Assembly: GCA_963822965.1 (NCBI GenBank)
Contig: CAWGJT010000010.1
Location: 96,001 to 160,000 of the forward strand
DNA length: 64,000 nt
Origin: an uncultured delta proteobacterium
GTDB taxonomy: Bacteria; Myxococcota_A; UBA9160; UBA4427
Direction: 5' to 3'
The notes below the pieces were generated by a model. The model did no database searches and was not told the DNA's origin. It worked only from the letters and a program-made list of their open reading frames with translations. Shown here one piece after another: positions 8,469-16,875 of this stretch. Position 1 is the first letter of the stretch. Each line of letters begins with the position of its first letter. Both the position numbers and the translations under genes were made by a program.

Positions 8469-10616
8469 GTGAGAGAGCGCCTCTTCAGCGCCTCCTGGCA
8501 CCGGGTCGCGACGCTCCGGCCGCGCTTGCGCGCACACACCGAGGTGGGCCGTCAGCGCTATCGCGGTGAGGTCTGGTACGTGCTTCGGGATCCCTCGACC
8601 GACCGCTTCCATCGCTTCGGCGCCGACGCGCAACGGGTGATCGGGCTGATGGACGGACGACGCAGCGTGGCGGAGATCTGGGAGCAGGTCGCCGACGCCC
8701 TGGGCGACTCGGCGCCCACCCAGGACGAGCTGATCCGGCTGCTCGGGCAGCTGCACGCGGCCGACGTCCTGCAATGCGAGCTCTCCCCGGACGCCGCGGA
8801 GCTGTTCGATCGCTTCCGCAAGCAGCAGCGCCAGCAGGCCCTGGGGCGGCTGCTGAATCCCTTCGCCGTTCGCATCCATCTCTTCGATCCCGACCGCTTC
8901 CTCGCGCACACCCTGCCGCTGCTGCGGCCGCTCTTCGGTCGGGTCGCGTTGCTGGTGTGGCTGGCGGTGGTCGTGCCTGCCGCGATCGGCGTCGCGAGCC
9001 ACTGGTCGGAGCTCAGCGAGAACGCCCTCGATCGGCTCTTCACGCCGACGCAGATGCTGACCCTCTGGATCCTGTTCCCGATGATCAAGCTCTTCCACGA
9101 GCTCGGCCACGGCTACGCGGCGAGGGCGCAGGGCGGCGAGGTCCACGACATGGGCGTGATGTTCCTCGTCTTCAACCCGGTTCCCTACGTCGACGCGTCC
9201 TGCTCGTGGAGCTTTCCCAGCAAGTGGCGCCGGGCGGGGGTCGGCGCCGCCGGCATGCTCGTCGAGCTCTTTCTCGCGGCCCTGGCGTTCTACGTGTGGG
9301 TCTCGGCCGAGCCGGGTGCCGTGCGCGCCGTCGCCTACAACGTGCTGCTGATCGCGGGCACGACGACGCTCATCTTCAACGCGAACCCGCTGCTCCGCTT
9401 CGACGGCTACTACATCGCCTCCGACCTGCTCGAGATCCCGAACCTTCGCTCGCGCTCCACCGCGTTGGTGCTGTACCTGTGGGAGCGGCTCGCCTTCGGG
9501 GTGCGCGAGAGCGAAGCGCCCCGCACCGCGCCCGGCGAGGCCCCCTGGCTCGTCTTGTACGCGGTGGCGTCCCTGGTGTATCGCGCGATGATCGTCGTCG
9601 CGATCCTGCTCTTCGTGCTCGAGTGGAATCTCGCCCTGGGGCTGATCCTGGCCGCCGTGACCATCGCGGGCGGCCTGGGGAGGACGCTCTACCGAGGCGG
9701 ACGTTACCTGCTCACGAGCCCGCGGTTGCGCTACACGCGCTCCCGCGCGGTGGCCGTGAGCGCGACGCTCGTGGCCACCGCCGGGGTGCTCCTGCTGGCT
9801 CTGCCGCTGCCCCTGCGGACCCGCGCGGAGGGGGTGGTGTGGATGCCGGAGGAGGCGCTCGTGCGCGCGGGAACGGACGGCTTCATCGAGCGGGTGGTGG
9901 CGTCTCCGGGGTCGCAGGTGAACGCGGGCGACCCGCTGTTCGAGACGAGCGATCCCGACCTCGCGGCACAGCTCGCCTCGGCGCGGGCGAGGGTCGCGGA
10001 GCTGGAAGTGCGTCTCCAGGAGGCGCAGGTCGAAGAGCGCTCGCGTGCCCGGGTCGCCGCCGAGGTGCTGGACTACGAGCGGCAGCGTCTGGCGCGGCTC
10101 GTCGAGCGGTCCGGACGGCTCGTGGTGCGTGCAGCGATCGGAGGCGAGTTCGTGGTGCCGCGCCACCGCGATCTGCCGGGTCGCCACGTGCAGCAGGGCG
10201 AGCTGCTCGGCTACGTGCTCTCGCTCGACACCATCTCGGTGCGAGCGGTGGTCACCCAGCAAGAGGTCGACCTGGTTCGCGAGCGCACGAGGTCCGTAGC
10301 GGTCCGGCTGGCGGAGCGCCTCGAGGAGGTCTACCCCGCGACGATCCTGCGCACCGTCCCGGCGGCCAACGAGCGGCTTCCCAGCCCGGCGCTCGGGAGC
10401 GTCGGAGGGGGCCAGCTGCCCGTGGATCCGCGAGAGTCGCGCGGCGACCGGTCGGTGGAGTCGCTCTTCGAGGTGGAGCTCGACGTGGCGGCGGGCTCGC
10501 TTCCGGCAAACGGGGGCGGGCGCGTGTACGTCCAGTTCGACCACGGCGCCGAGCCGCTCGCATGGCAATGGACGCGACGGCTCCGCCAGGTGTTCCTCTC
10601 GAGGCTGCATGTCTAG
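8469..10616 (+). CDS. PqqD/RRE-like domain + M50 (site-2) intramembrane metallopeptidase + HlyD-like adaptor fusion
   Basis: N-terminal WYVLRDP..DRFHRF...LMDGRRSVAEIW (RRE-like); HELGH and NANPLLRFDGYY M50 motifs among several TM helices; C-terminal lipoyl/coiled-coil adaptor. Confidence 0.88.
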   Translation: MRERLFSASWHRVATLRPRLRAHTEVGRQRYRGEVWYVLRDPSTDRFHRFGADAQRVIGLMDGRRSVAEIWEQVADALGDSAPTQDELIRLLGQLHAADVLQCELSPDAAELFDRFRKQQRQQALGRLLNPFAVRIHLFDPDRFLAHTLPLLRPLFGRVALLVWLAVVVPAAIGVASHWSELSENALDRLFTPTQMLTLWILFPMIKLFHELGHGYAARAQGGEVHDMGVMFLVFNPVPYVDASCSWSFPSKWRRAGVGAAGMLVELFLAALAFYVWVSAEPGAVRAVAYNVLLIAGTTTLIFNANPLLRFDGYYIASDLLEIPNLRSRSTALVLYLWERLAFGVRESEAPRTAPGEAPWLVLYAVASLVYRAMIVVAILLFVLEWNLALGLILAAVTIAGGLGRTLYRGGRYLLTSPRLRYTRSRAVAVSATLVATAGVLLLALPLPLRTRAEGVVWMPEEALVRAGTDGFIERVVASPGSQVNAGDPLFETSDPDLAAQLASARARVAELEVRLQEAQVEERSRARVAAEVLDYERQRLARLVERSGRLVVRAAIGGEFVVPRHRDLPGRHVQQGELLGYVLSLDTISVRAVVTQQEVDLVRERTRSVAVRLAERLEEVYPATILRTVPAANERLPSPALGSVGGGQLPVDPRESRGDRSVESLFEVELDVAAGSLPANGGGRVYVQFDHGAEPLAWQWTRRLRQVFLSRLHV

Positions 10617-12609
10617 CGGGCTCGCCGTTCCCGCCCGCGCCCGACTGCGGCGGCCGCTCCCGACCGGTGTCGTCCGGGGCGCCTACCCGGAGCGCCGGGA
10701 CGAGCCCGAGAGCGGCCTCGACGAGTGGCTTCGTCGCCTGACGGCTCCGGCAGCGCGGCGTTGGCGGGTGCGGCGGTCGGCGCCGCCGGACCTGTGCGCG
10801 CGAGTCGGTACCCATGCCGCAGAGCTGGCGGCGCTCTCGTCGTCGGCTCTTCGAGAGCAGGCCCGGGACGTCGGGCGGGACCTGCGCGTCGAGGGGCTGG
10901 GGGGCGACGCCGCGGTGCGTGCCGCTGCGCTCGTGCGGGAGGCCGCCTCGCGGGAGCTGGGCATGGCCCATCACGACGTCCAGCTCGTCGGCGGCTGGCT
11001 GATGCTTCAGGGATATCTCGCCGAGATGGACACCGGGGAGGGCAAGACCCTGACGGCGACGGTGCCGGCGGCGGTGGCCGGGCTCGCGGGGGTGCCGGTG
11101 CACGTCGTCACGGTCAACGAGTACCTCGCCCGGCGGGACGCCGAGACGATGCGCCCCGTCTACGAGGCGCTCGGGCTCTCGGTGGGGCTGGTCTGCGCCG
11201 ACCAGCCCCCGGACGCGAGACGCGCCGCCTACGCGTGCGACGTCACCTACTGCACGAACAAGGACCTGGTCTTCGACTACCTGCGGGACCGGGTCGCGAT
11301 CCGGGAGCAGGGAGGCGTGCGCCTGCGCGTCTCCCGGGTGGCGGGGAGGTCCGAGGCGAAGCTCCTGCATCGCGGCCTTCACTTCGCGATCGTCGACGAG
11401 GCGGACAGCGTCCTCGTCGACGAGGCCCGCACGCCGCTGATCCTGTCGCAGCGTTCCCAGGATGGGCGCGAGGAGGCACTCCATGCCGAAGCGCTGCGAC
11501 TGGCTCGCGAGCTGCAGCCCGGCACGCACTTCCGGGCTCGCGCCCGCGATCGCGACGTCGAGCTCCTGGCGGAGGGATCGCGGCATCTGGCCCGGATCGG
11601 CGAGGAGACGGGCGGCTTGTGGCGCGGGCGACGGCGGCGCGAGGCTCTCGTCTGTCAGGCCCTCGCGGCCCTCCACCTCTACCAGCGCGATCGCGACTAC
11701 ATCGTCGAGAACGACAAGGTCCAGATCGTGGACGAGTTCACGGGTCGCGTGATGCCCGATCGGTCGTGGGAGGACGGCCTCCACCAGATGATCGAGGTCA
11801 AGGAGGCGGTGGCACTCACCGGCCGCCAGCAGACGTTGGCCCGGATCAGCTATCAGCGCTTCTTCCGCCGCTATCTTCGGCTGGCCGGCATGACCGGAAC
11901 CGCAAGCGAGGCGGCTGCCGAGCTGTGGTCGGTCTATCGACTGCCGGTGGTGCGCGTCCCCACGCACCGGCCGAGCCAGCGCCGCGACCTCGGGGAGCGC
12001 ATCTTCGCGACCTCCGGCGAGCGCTGGGACGCGGTGGTCGAACGCGTGATGGTGCTGCGGGGCGAGCGCAGGGAAGGGCGGCCGGTGCTCGTGGGTACCC
12101 GCTCCGTCGCGGCCTCGGAGCTGCTCTCCGCCCGTCTGCGCGAGGCCGGCGTGCCGCATCGCGTCCTCAACGCGCGGCAGGACCAGGAGGAGGCGGAGAT
12201 CGTGGCGGGGGCGGGCGAGCCGGGCTGCGTCACGGTCTCGACGAACATGGCGGGACGCGGCACGGACATCCGGCTCGCTCCTGGGGTCGCCGACCGCGGC
12301 GGGCTGCACGTGATCGCGACCGAGCGCCACGAGGCGCGCCGCATCGATCGACAGCTCTTCGGCCGCTGCGGCCGGCAGGGCGATCCCGGGAGCCACGAGG
12401 TGATCGCCTCCCTCGAGGACGAGTTGCTTCTCGCCCACGGGCACGGCGCGCTGGCCTTCTGGCTCGGCGACGGCGAGAAGGGGCGCCGCTTGAAGATGCG
12501 CATGGCACAGGGCCGAGCCGAGCGCCTGCACGGGCGCATGCGACGCGACCTGCTCGCCTCCGATGCCCGGCTCGAGTCCCTGTTGGCGTTCTCGGGCCGC
12601 GGCGAGTGA
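10609..12609 (+). CDS. secA: SecA-like DEAD ATPase paralogue, C-terminally truncated (666 aa)
   Basis: EMDTGEGKT, VTVNEYLARRD, DEADSVLVDEARTPLILS, GMTGTA, STNMAGRGTDI, RRIDRQLFGRCGRQGDPG; start overlaps the upstream gene's end by 8 nt. Confidence 0.93.
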   Translation: MSSGLAVPARARLRRPLPTGVVRGAYPERRDEPESGLDEWLRRLTAPAARRWRVRRSAPPDLCARVGTHAAELAALSSSALREQARDVGRDLRVEGLGGDAAVRAAALVREAASRELGMAHHDVQLVGGWLMLQGYLAEMDTGEGKTLTATVPAAVAGLAGVPVHVVTVNEYLARRDAETMRPVYEALGLSVGLVCADQPPDARRAAYACDVTYCTNKDLVFDYLRDRVAIREQGGVRLRVSRVAGRSEAKLLHRGLHFAIVDEADSVLVDEARTPLILSQRSQDGREEALHAEALRLARELQPGTHFRARARDRDVELLAEGSRHLARIGEETGGLWRGRRRREALVCQALAALHLYQRDRDYIVENDKVQIVDEFTGRVMPDRSWEDGLHQMIEVKEAVALTGRQQTLARISYQRFFRRYLRLAGMTGTASEAAAELWSVYRLPVVRVPTHRPSQRRDLGERIFATSGERWDAVVERVMVLRGERREGRPVLVGTRSVAASELLSARLREAGVPHRVLNARQDQEEAEIVAGAGEPGCVTVSTNMAGRGTDIRLAPGVADRGGLHVIATERHEARRIDRQLFGRCGRQGDPGSHEVIASLEDELLLAHGHGALAFWLGDGEKGRRLKMRMAQGRAERLHGRMRRDLLASDARLESLLAFSGRGE

Positions 12610-12709
12610 CGTCTCCGTAGGGGCCTCGACGCCTCGACCCGGCCGGGGCCCCGGTCCGTCACCGGGCGGCTTTCGGTATGACGGTTCCCCGACACGAGAG
12701 CGCCTGAGC

Positions 12710-12724
12710 TGGTATACAAGGTGC
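12710..12724 (+). promoter_or_regulatory. Possible sigma-54 promoter upstream of fabH
   Basis: TGGTATACAAGGTGC has GG-N10-GC spacing with a near-consensus -24 box; the -12 box is imperfect. Confidence 0.3.
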
Positions 12725-12902
12725 GGCCGCGAAGGTCGATTCGCTTCGTGGGACGTCCCAGTGTGTGCCTTCTCGTGGCCGCCCCCCACCAGAGAGAGCC
12801 CCACCGGAGCCCGAACGGGCCACGGAAGTGGGTCCACGGAATGCGCCCAGACGGGCCATTCGAGTGGCCCGGACGCCGGATGCCGGTCGAGAGGAGCTCT
12901 CT

Positions 12903-13841
12903 GTGGGATTGCGGATTTCGGGCTGGGGCACGGCGCTTCCCGACAAGGTTCTGACGAACGCGGACCTGGAGGCGCAGCTCGACACGAGCGACGAGTGGAT
13001 CCGCAGCCGGACGGGCATCCGGGAGCGGCACATCGGAGACAAGACGGCCGTGCTGGCGATCGCCGCGGGCCGCCAGGCGCTCGAACGGGCCGGCTTCGAC
13101 CCGGCCTCCATCGATCTGCTGGTGCTCTGCACGACGACCCCCGACCAGACGGTGCCCGCGACCTCGGCACACGTGCACGAAGAGCTGGGCCTGGGCGGAG
13201 GCGCGTTCGACCTCAACGCCGCGTGCTCGGGCTTCGTCTACGGGCTCGTTACCGTCCAGGGGCTGCTGGCCGCCACGGGCGCCCGGCGCGTCCTGCTGAT
13301 CGGGGCCGAGGTGCTGAGCCGCATCACCGACTGGAGCGACCGGCGGACGGCGGTGCTCTTCGGCGACGGCGCCGGGGCTCTCGTGCTCACGGCCTGCGAC
13401 GACCGCGACTGTCAGCTGCTGTCTTCGGATCTCGGCGCCGACGGCGCGTCGCGGGCCATCCTGTACGCCGACCTCGGCGGCACCATACAGATGGACGGCC
13501 GGGAGGTCTTCAAACGCGCGGTGCGGGCGATGGTCGATTCCTCCAGGCGGGCGCTCGACCGTGCGGGCTACCGCGCGGACGAGGTCGCCCTCGTGGTGCC
13601 GCACCAGGCCAACCTGCGGATCATCGAGGCGGCCTGCAAGCGCCTGGGCATCGCGAAGGAGCGCGCCGCCATCGTCCTGGACCGGACGGGCAACACGTCC
13701 TCGGCGTCGATCCCGCTCGCCCTGGTGGACGCGATCCGGAGCCGGCGCGTCCGGGAGGGCGACCTGATCCTGCTCACCGGCTTCGGAGCCGGCATGACCT
13801 GGGGAAGCGCCGTGATCCGCTGGCGGGAGGTGCCGGGTTGA
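12903..13841 (+). CDS. fabH: 3-oxoacyl-ACP synthase III
   Basis: GAGGAG RBS then GTG at 12903; DTSDEWI.SRTGI, AACSGF, HQAN and GNTS catalytic motifs. Confidence 0.93.
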   Translation: MGLRISGWGTALPDKVLTNADLEAQLDTSDEWIRSRTGIRERHIGDKTAVLAIAAGRQALERAGFDPASIDLLVLCTTTPDQTVPATSAHVHEELGLGGGAFDLNAACSGFVYGLVTVQGLLAATGARRVLLIGAEVLSRITDWSDRRTAVLFGDGAGALVLTACDDRDCQLLSSDLGADGASRAILYADLGGTIQMDGREVFKRAVRAMVDSSRRALDRAGYRADEVALVVPHQANLRIIEAACKRLGIAKERAAIVLDRTGNTSSASIPLALVDAIRSRRVREGDLILLTGFGAGMTWGSAVIRWREVPG

Positions 13842-15115
13842 AGACCGCGCGTCGCGTAGCGGTGACCGGCGCCGGCGTGGTCTCGGCCGTCGGAATCGGC
13901 CGGCAGGCGTTCTGGGCGGGGCTTCTCGCACCCCAGCCCGAGCCCGAGGGCCAGGGCGAGCGCCGCATCCACGACTTCGATCCGGCCCCGCTCTACGAGA
14001 ATCCCAAGCTGGCCCGCCGCGCCGACCGCTTCGAGCAGCTCGCCGTGGCGGCGGCCGTGGAGGCGCTCGAGCAGTCGGGCCTGCCCGGCGGCGACCCGGT
14101 GCGGACGGGTGTCGTGATCGGCACGGGCATCGGCGGTCTCGCCACCCAGGAAGCCGAGGTGGGCGTCCTGCTGCAGAAGGGCCCGCGCCGCGTCTCCCCC
14201 TTCATGGTCCCGATGATGATGCCGAATGCCGCGGCGGCGGCGGTGTCCATGCGCTTCGGCTTCCGGGGCCCGTGCGAGAGCCTCTCCACGGCCTGCGCGA
14301 CGGGCACCCATGCGATCGGATACGCGACCCGCCTCATCCAGTGGGGCCTGTGCGACGCGATCGTCGCCGGCGGCAGCGAGGCCGCCGTGACGCCCGTGGG
14401 CATCCAGGGCTTCGCCAACATGAAGGCGCTCTCGGGCGACGGGCGCTCGCGTCCCTTCGACGCCGCGCGCGACGGCTTCGTCCTGTCCGAGGGCGCCGGT
14501 GTGCTGGTGCTCGAAGCCTGGGACGGCGCGAAGGCCCGGGGCGCCCGGATCCTGGCGGAGGTGCTCGGCTCCGCGAGCGGCGCCGACGCGCATCACATCA
14601 CGGCGCCCGCGCCGGACGGCGCCGGTGCCGTGAGCTGCATGCAGCGCGCCATCGAGGACGCCGGCCTCACGCCGGACGCCATCGCCCAGATCAACGCCCA
14701 CGGCACCGGCACGCCGCTCAACGACGCCGCCGAGGCGCGCGCCATCGCGAAGGTATTCGGCCAGGGCTCCGAGAGAGGCTCCGAGAGAGGCTCCGAGAGA
14801 GGCTCCGAGAGAGGCTCCGAGAGAAGCTCCGAGAGAAGCCCCGGGAGGACCGGCCCCCCGGTCACCTCCACCAAGGGCGTCACCGGCCACGCCCTCGGTG
14901 CGGCCGGCGCGATGGAGGCGGTTGCCCTCGTGCTCAGCATGCAGCACCGCTTGATTCCGCCCACCGACGGCAACGATGCGCTCGATCCCGACCTGCCCGC
15001 CATCGACCTGGTGACCGGCGCCCCGCGGCCCTGGACCCCCGGTCCCGCCCTCTCGAGCTCGTTCGGCTTCGGGGGCCACAACGGCTGCCTGGTCTTCGGC
15101 CCGGGGGATTCCTGA
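13838..15115 (+). CDS. fabF: Beta-ketoacyl-ACP synthase II (FabF/FabB family)
   Basis: TTG start overlaps the fabH TGA; STACATG, NAHGTGT..ND, STKGVTGH, FGFGGHN. Confidence 0.92.
   Translation: MKTARRVAVTGAGVVSAVGIGRQAFWAGLLAPQPEPEGQGERRIHDFDPAPLYENPKLARRADRFEQLAVAAAVEALEQSGLPGGDPVRTGVVIGTGIGGLATQEAEVGVLLQKGPRRVSPFMVPMMMPNAAAAAVSMRFGFRGPCESLSTACATGTHAIGYATRLIQWGLCDAIVAGGSEAAVTPVGIQGFANMKALSGDGRSRPFDAARDGFVLSEGAGVLVLEAWDGAKARGARILAEVLGSASGADAHHITAPAPDGAGAVSCMQRAIEDAGLTPDAIAQINAHGTGTPLNDAAEARAIAKVFGQGSERGSERGSERGSERGSERSSERSPGRTGPPVTSTKGVTGHALGAAGAMEAVALVLSMQHRLIPPTDGNDALDPDLPAIDLVTGAPRPWTPGPALSSSFGFGGHNGCLVFGPGDS
14765..14848 (+). repeat. In-frame 12-bp tandem repeat (GSER)n inside fabF
   Basis: ggctccgagaga x5 perfect, then 2 degenerate units. 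Confidence 0.95.
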
Positions 15116-15199
15116 TCTAGGAGCCTGACCCAAGACACCTCGTGCCGCCCCGACGCCGATGCATCGCCGCTGCCTGCGTTGCGCTGCGTCGCCGTAGGC

Positions 15200-16696
15200 C
15201 TAGGGGAAGCCCGCGCCCGGGGGCTCCTCCTCGAGCTTCTCGGCGGCGGCCGCCTTGGCGACGTCCTTCAGCTCGCGCAGGGCCTCTCCCAGGTAGTCGA
15301 TCAGGTCCCAGACGTCGGGCACCAGCTCGCGGCAGGTGACGATGCCGAAGTCGAGGCTTCCGTTGTAGCTCTGCACCGTGATGTTCAGCCCGACGCCGTC
15401 GTTGATCGCCGACACCGGGTAGTTGGCCACCAGCTTCGCCCCGACGCTGTAGAGCGGAAACTGCGGGCCGGGGACGTTGGAGATCACCACGTTGAACGGG
15501 ACGTCGACGAGATTGGCGACGGTGGCTCGCGCGATGACCCGAGCCGCGCGCGCAGCCACGGCGGGCGGGGCGAACTGGGCGAAGTCCTGCAGCAGGTCGG
15601 CCGGCAGCGCCCTGAGCTGCTCCTTCGCGACGCGCATGGATTCGTGGATGCGCTCGAGACGCTTGCGCGGGTCGGCCACGTCGGTGTGAAGCGACGCCGA
15701 CATCGCCGAGACCTGGTTGCCGAAGGTCCCTTGCTGCTCTTCGGTGCGGACGGAGACGGGCACCATGGCCACCAGCGGGTCGGCGGGCAGCTGCCGGTGC
15801 TCCTTCAGGTAGTGGCGGAGGGCGCCGGCGCACAGGGCCATCACCACGTCGTTCACGGTGACGCCGAACTGCTTCTTGATCTCCTTGACGTCCGCCAGGT
15901 CGAGGGAGCCGAACGCGAAGCGCCGGTGCGGCGTGATCTCGGCGTTGAACGGCGTGCGGGGCGCCTTCGTGGGCGCTTCCGACATCATCGGGTCGGGCTT
16001 GCGTCCCAGCGCGCGGTTGATGAGCTGGGTGCCGGGCACGTCGCCCAGGCCCAGGCTGCGGGTCAGCTCGGGCAGGTGGCGGACGGCCTGCCGTCCCACG
16101 CGAATCGCCTTGCGCGGGGTGCCCATCACGCTCCACAGCCCTCGGGCCAGCATCTCCACCTGGGTGGGGATGGGATCCGGCCGCCAGCCCCGTCGCGGGG
16201 GATCGACCCGGCGCGGCTCGGGGGTGACGTCGAGCAGGGTCGTGAGCAGCTCGGCCCCCGAGACGCCGTCGATCGCGCAGTGGTGGATCTTCGTCAGCTG
16301 CGCGACGTAGCCCCCTTCGAGGCCTTCGATGACGTAGAGCTCCCACAAGGGCCGGCTGCGATCCAGCGGCCGCGCGACGATGCGCGACACCTGCTCGGCC
16401 AGCTGACGGGAGTCTCCCGGCGGCGGGAGCCCCATGTGCCGCACGTGGAAGTCCAGGTCGAAGTCCGGATCCTCGATCCAGTAGGGATGGTCGATGCCGA
16501 AGGGCACCTCCACCAGCCGGCGGCGGTAGGGTGGCAGCAGGTGGATTCGCTGCTGGATGAGGTTCTTCACGTCCTCGAGCGTGGGCGGCACCGAGGCCGT
16601 GGAGGGGTCGAAGATGGCGAGCCCACAGATGTGCCCGTAGGTGGTCGCCGTCTCCATGTTGAGGAAGCTCGTGTCGAGGCCGGTCAGCTGTTGCAT
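15200..16696 (-). CDS. Wax ester synthase / diacylglycerol acyltransferase (WS/DGAT)
   Basis: LTGLDTSFL, PLDRSRPLWE, HHCAIDG catalytic motif, TVNDVV, ISNVPGP. Confidence 0.95.
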   Translation of the reverse strand: MQQLTGLDTSFLNMETATTYGHICGLAIFDPSTASVPPTLEDVKNLIQQRIHLLPPYRRRLVEVPFGIDHPYWIEDPDFDLDFHVRHMGLPPPGDSRQLAEQVSRIVARPLDRSRPLWELYVIEGLEGGYVAQLTKIHHCAIDGVSGAELLTTLLDVTPEPRRVDPPRRGWRPDPIPTQVEMLARGLWSVMGTPRKAIRVGRQAVRHLPELTRSLGLGDVPGTQLINRALGRKPDPMMSEAPTKAPRTPFNAEITPHRRFAFGSLDLADVKEIKKQFGVTVNDVVMALCAGALRHYLKEHRQLPADPLVAMVPVSVRTEEQQGTFGNQVSAMSASLHTDVADPRKRLERIHESMRVAKEQLRALPADLLQDFAQFAPPAVAARAARVIARATVANLVDVPFNVVISNVPGPQFPLYSVGAKLVANYPVSAINDGVGLNITVQSYNGSLDFGIVTCRELVPDVWDLIDYLGEALRELKDVAKAAAAEKLEEEPPGAGFP

Positions 16697-16721
16697 GGGC
16701 TCCCTCGGGTCTGCGCGTCGG

Positions 16722-16861
16722 GGCGTATGCGCGTATGGAGTGGCGTATGCGCGTATGGAGTGGCGTATGCGCGTATGGAGTGGCGTATGCGCGTATGGAG
16801 TGGCGTATGCGCGTATGGAGTGGCGTATGCGCGTATGGAGTGGCGTATGCGCGTATGGAGT
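16722..16861. repeat. Perfect 20-bp tandem repeat, 7 copies, intergenic
   Basis: ggcgtatgcgcgtatggagt x7 with no spacers. Confidence 0.97.
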
Positions 16862-16875
16862 AGAGGTGTAGCGGC

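Noticed and set aside
8441..8478. 14-bp degenerate triplication around the M50 start codon
   Set aside because: Short and degenerate; likely local slippage with no evident function.
8469..10616. RiPP biosynthetic cluster
   Set aside because: An RRE-like domain is present, but no precursor peptide or modifying enzyme (YcaO, LanM, radical SAM) is visible.
10609..12609. Housekeeping secA or a Gram-positive-type SecA2/SecY2 locus
   Set aside because: Too short, lacks the C-terminal domains, and has no secY2, asp or glycosyltransferase genes nearby.
12563..15115. 850-aa FabF with a long N-terminal extension
   Set aside because: The upstream part overlaps fabH in another frame; the real start is the TTG at 13838.
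16722..16861. CRISPR array
   Set aside because: Units are contiguous with no unique spacers, and there are no cas genes; the same applies to the arrays at 35602, 41701 and 57337.
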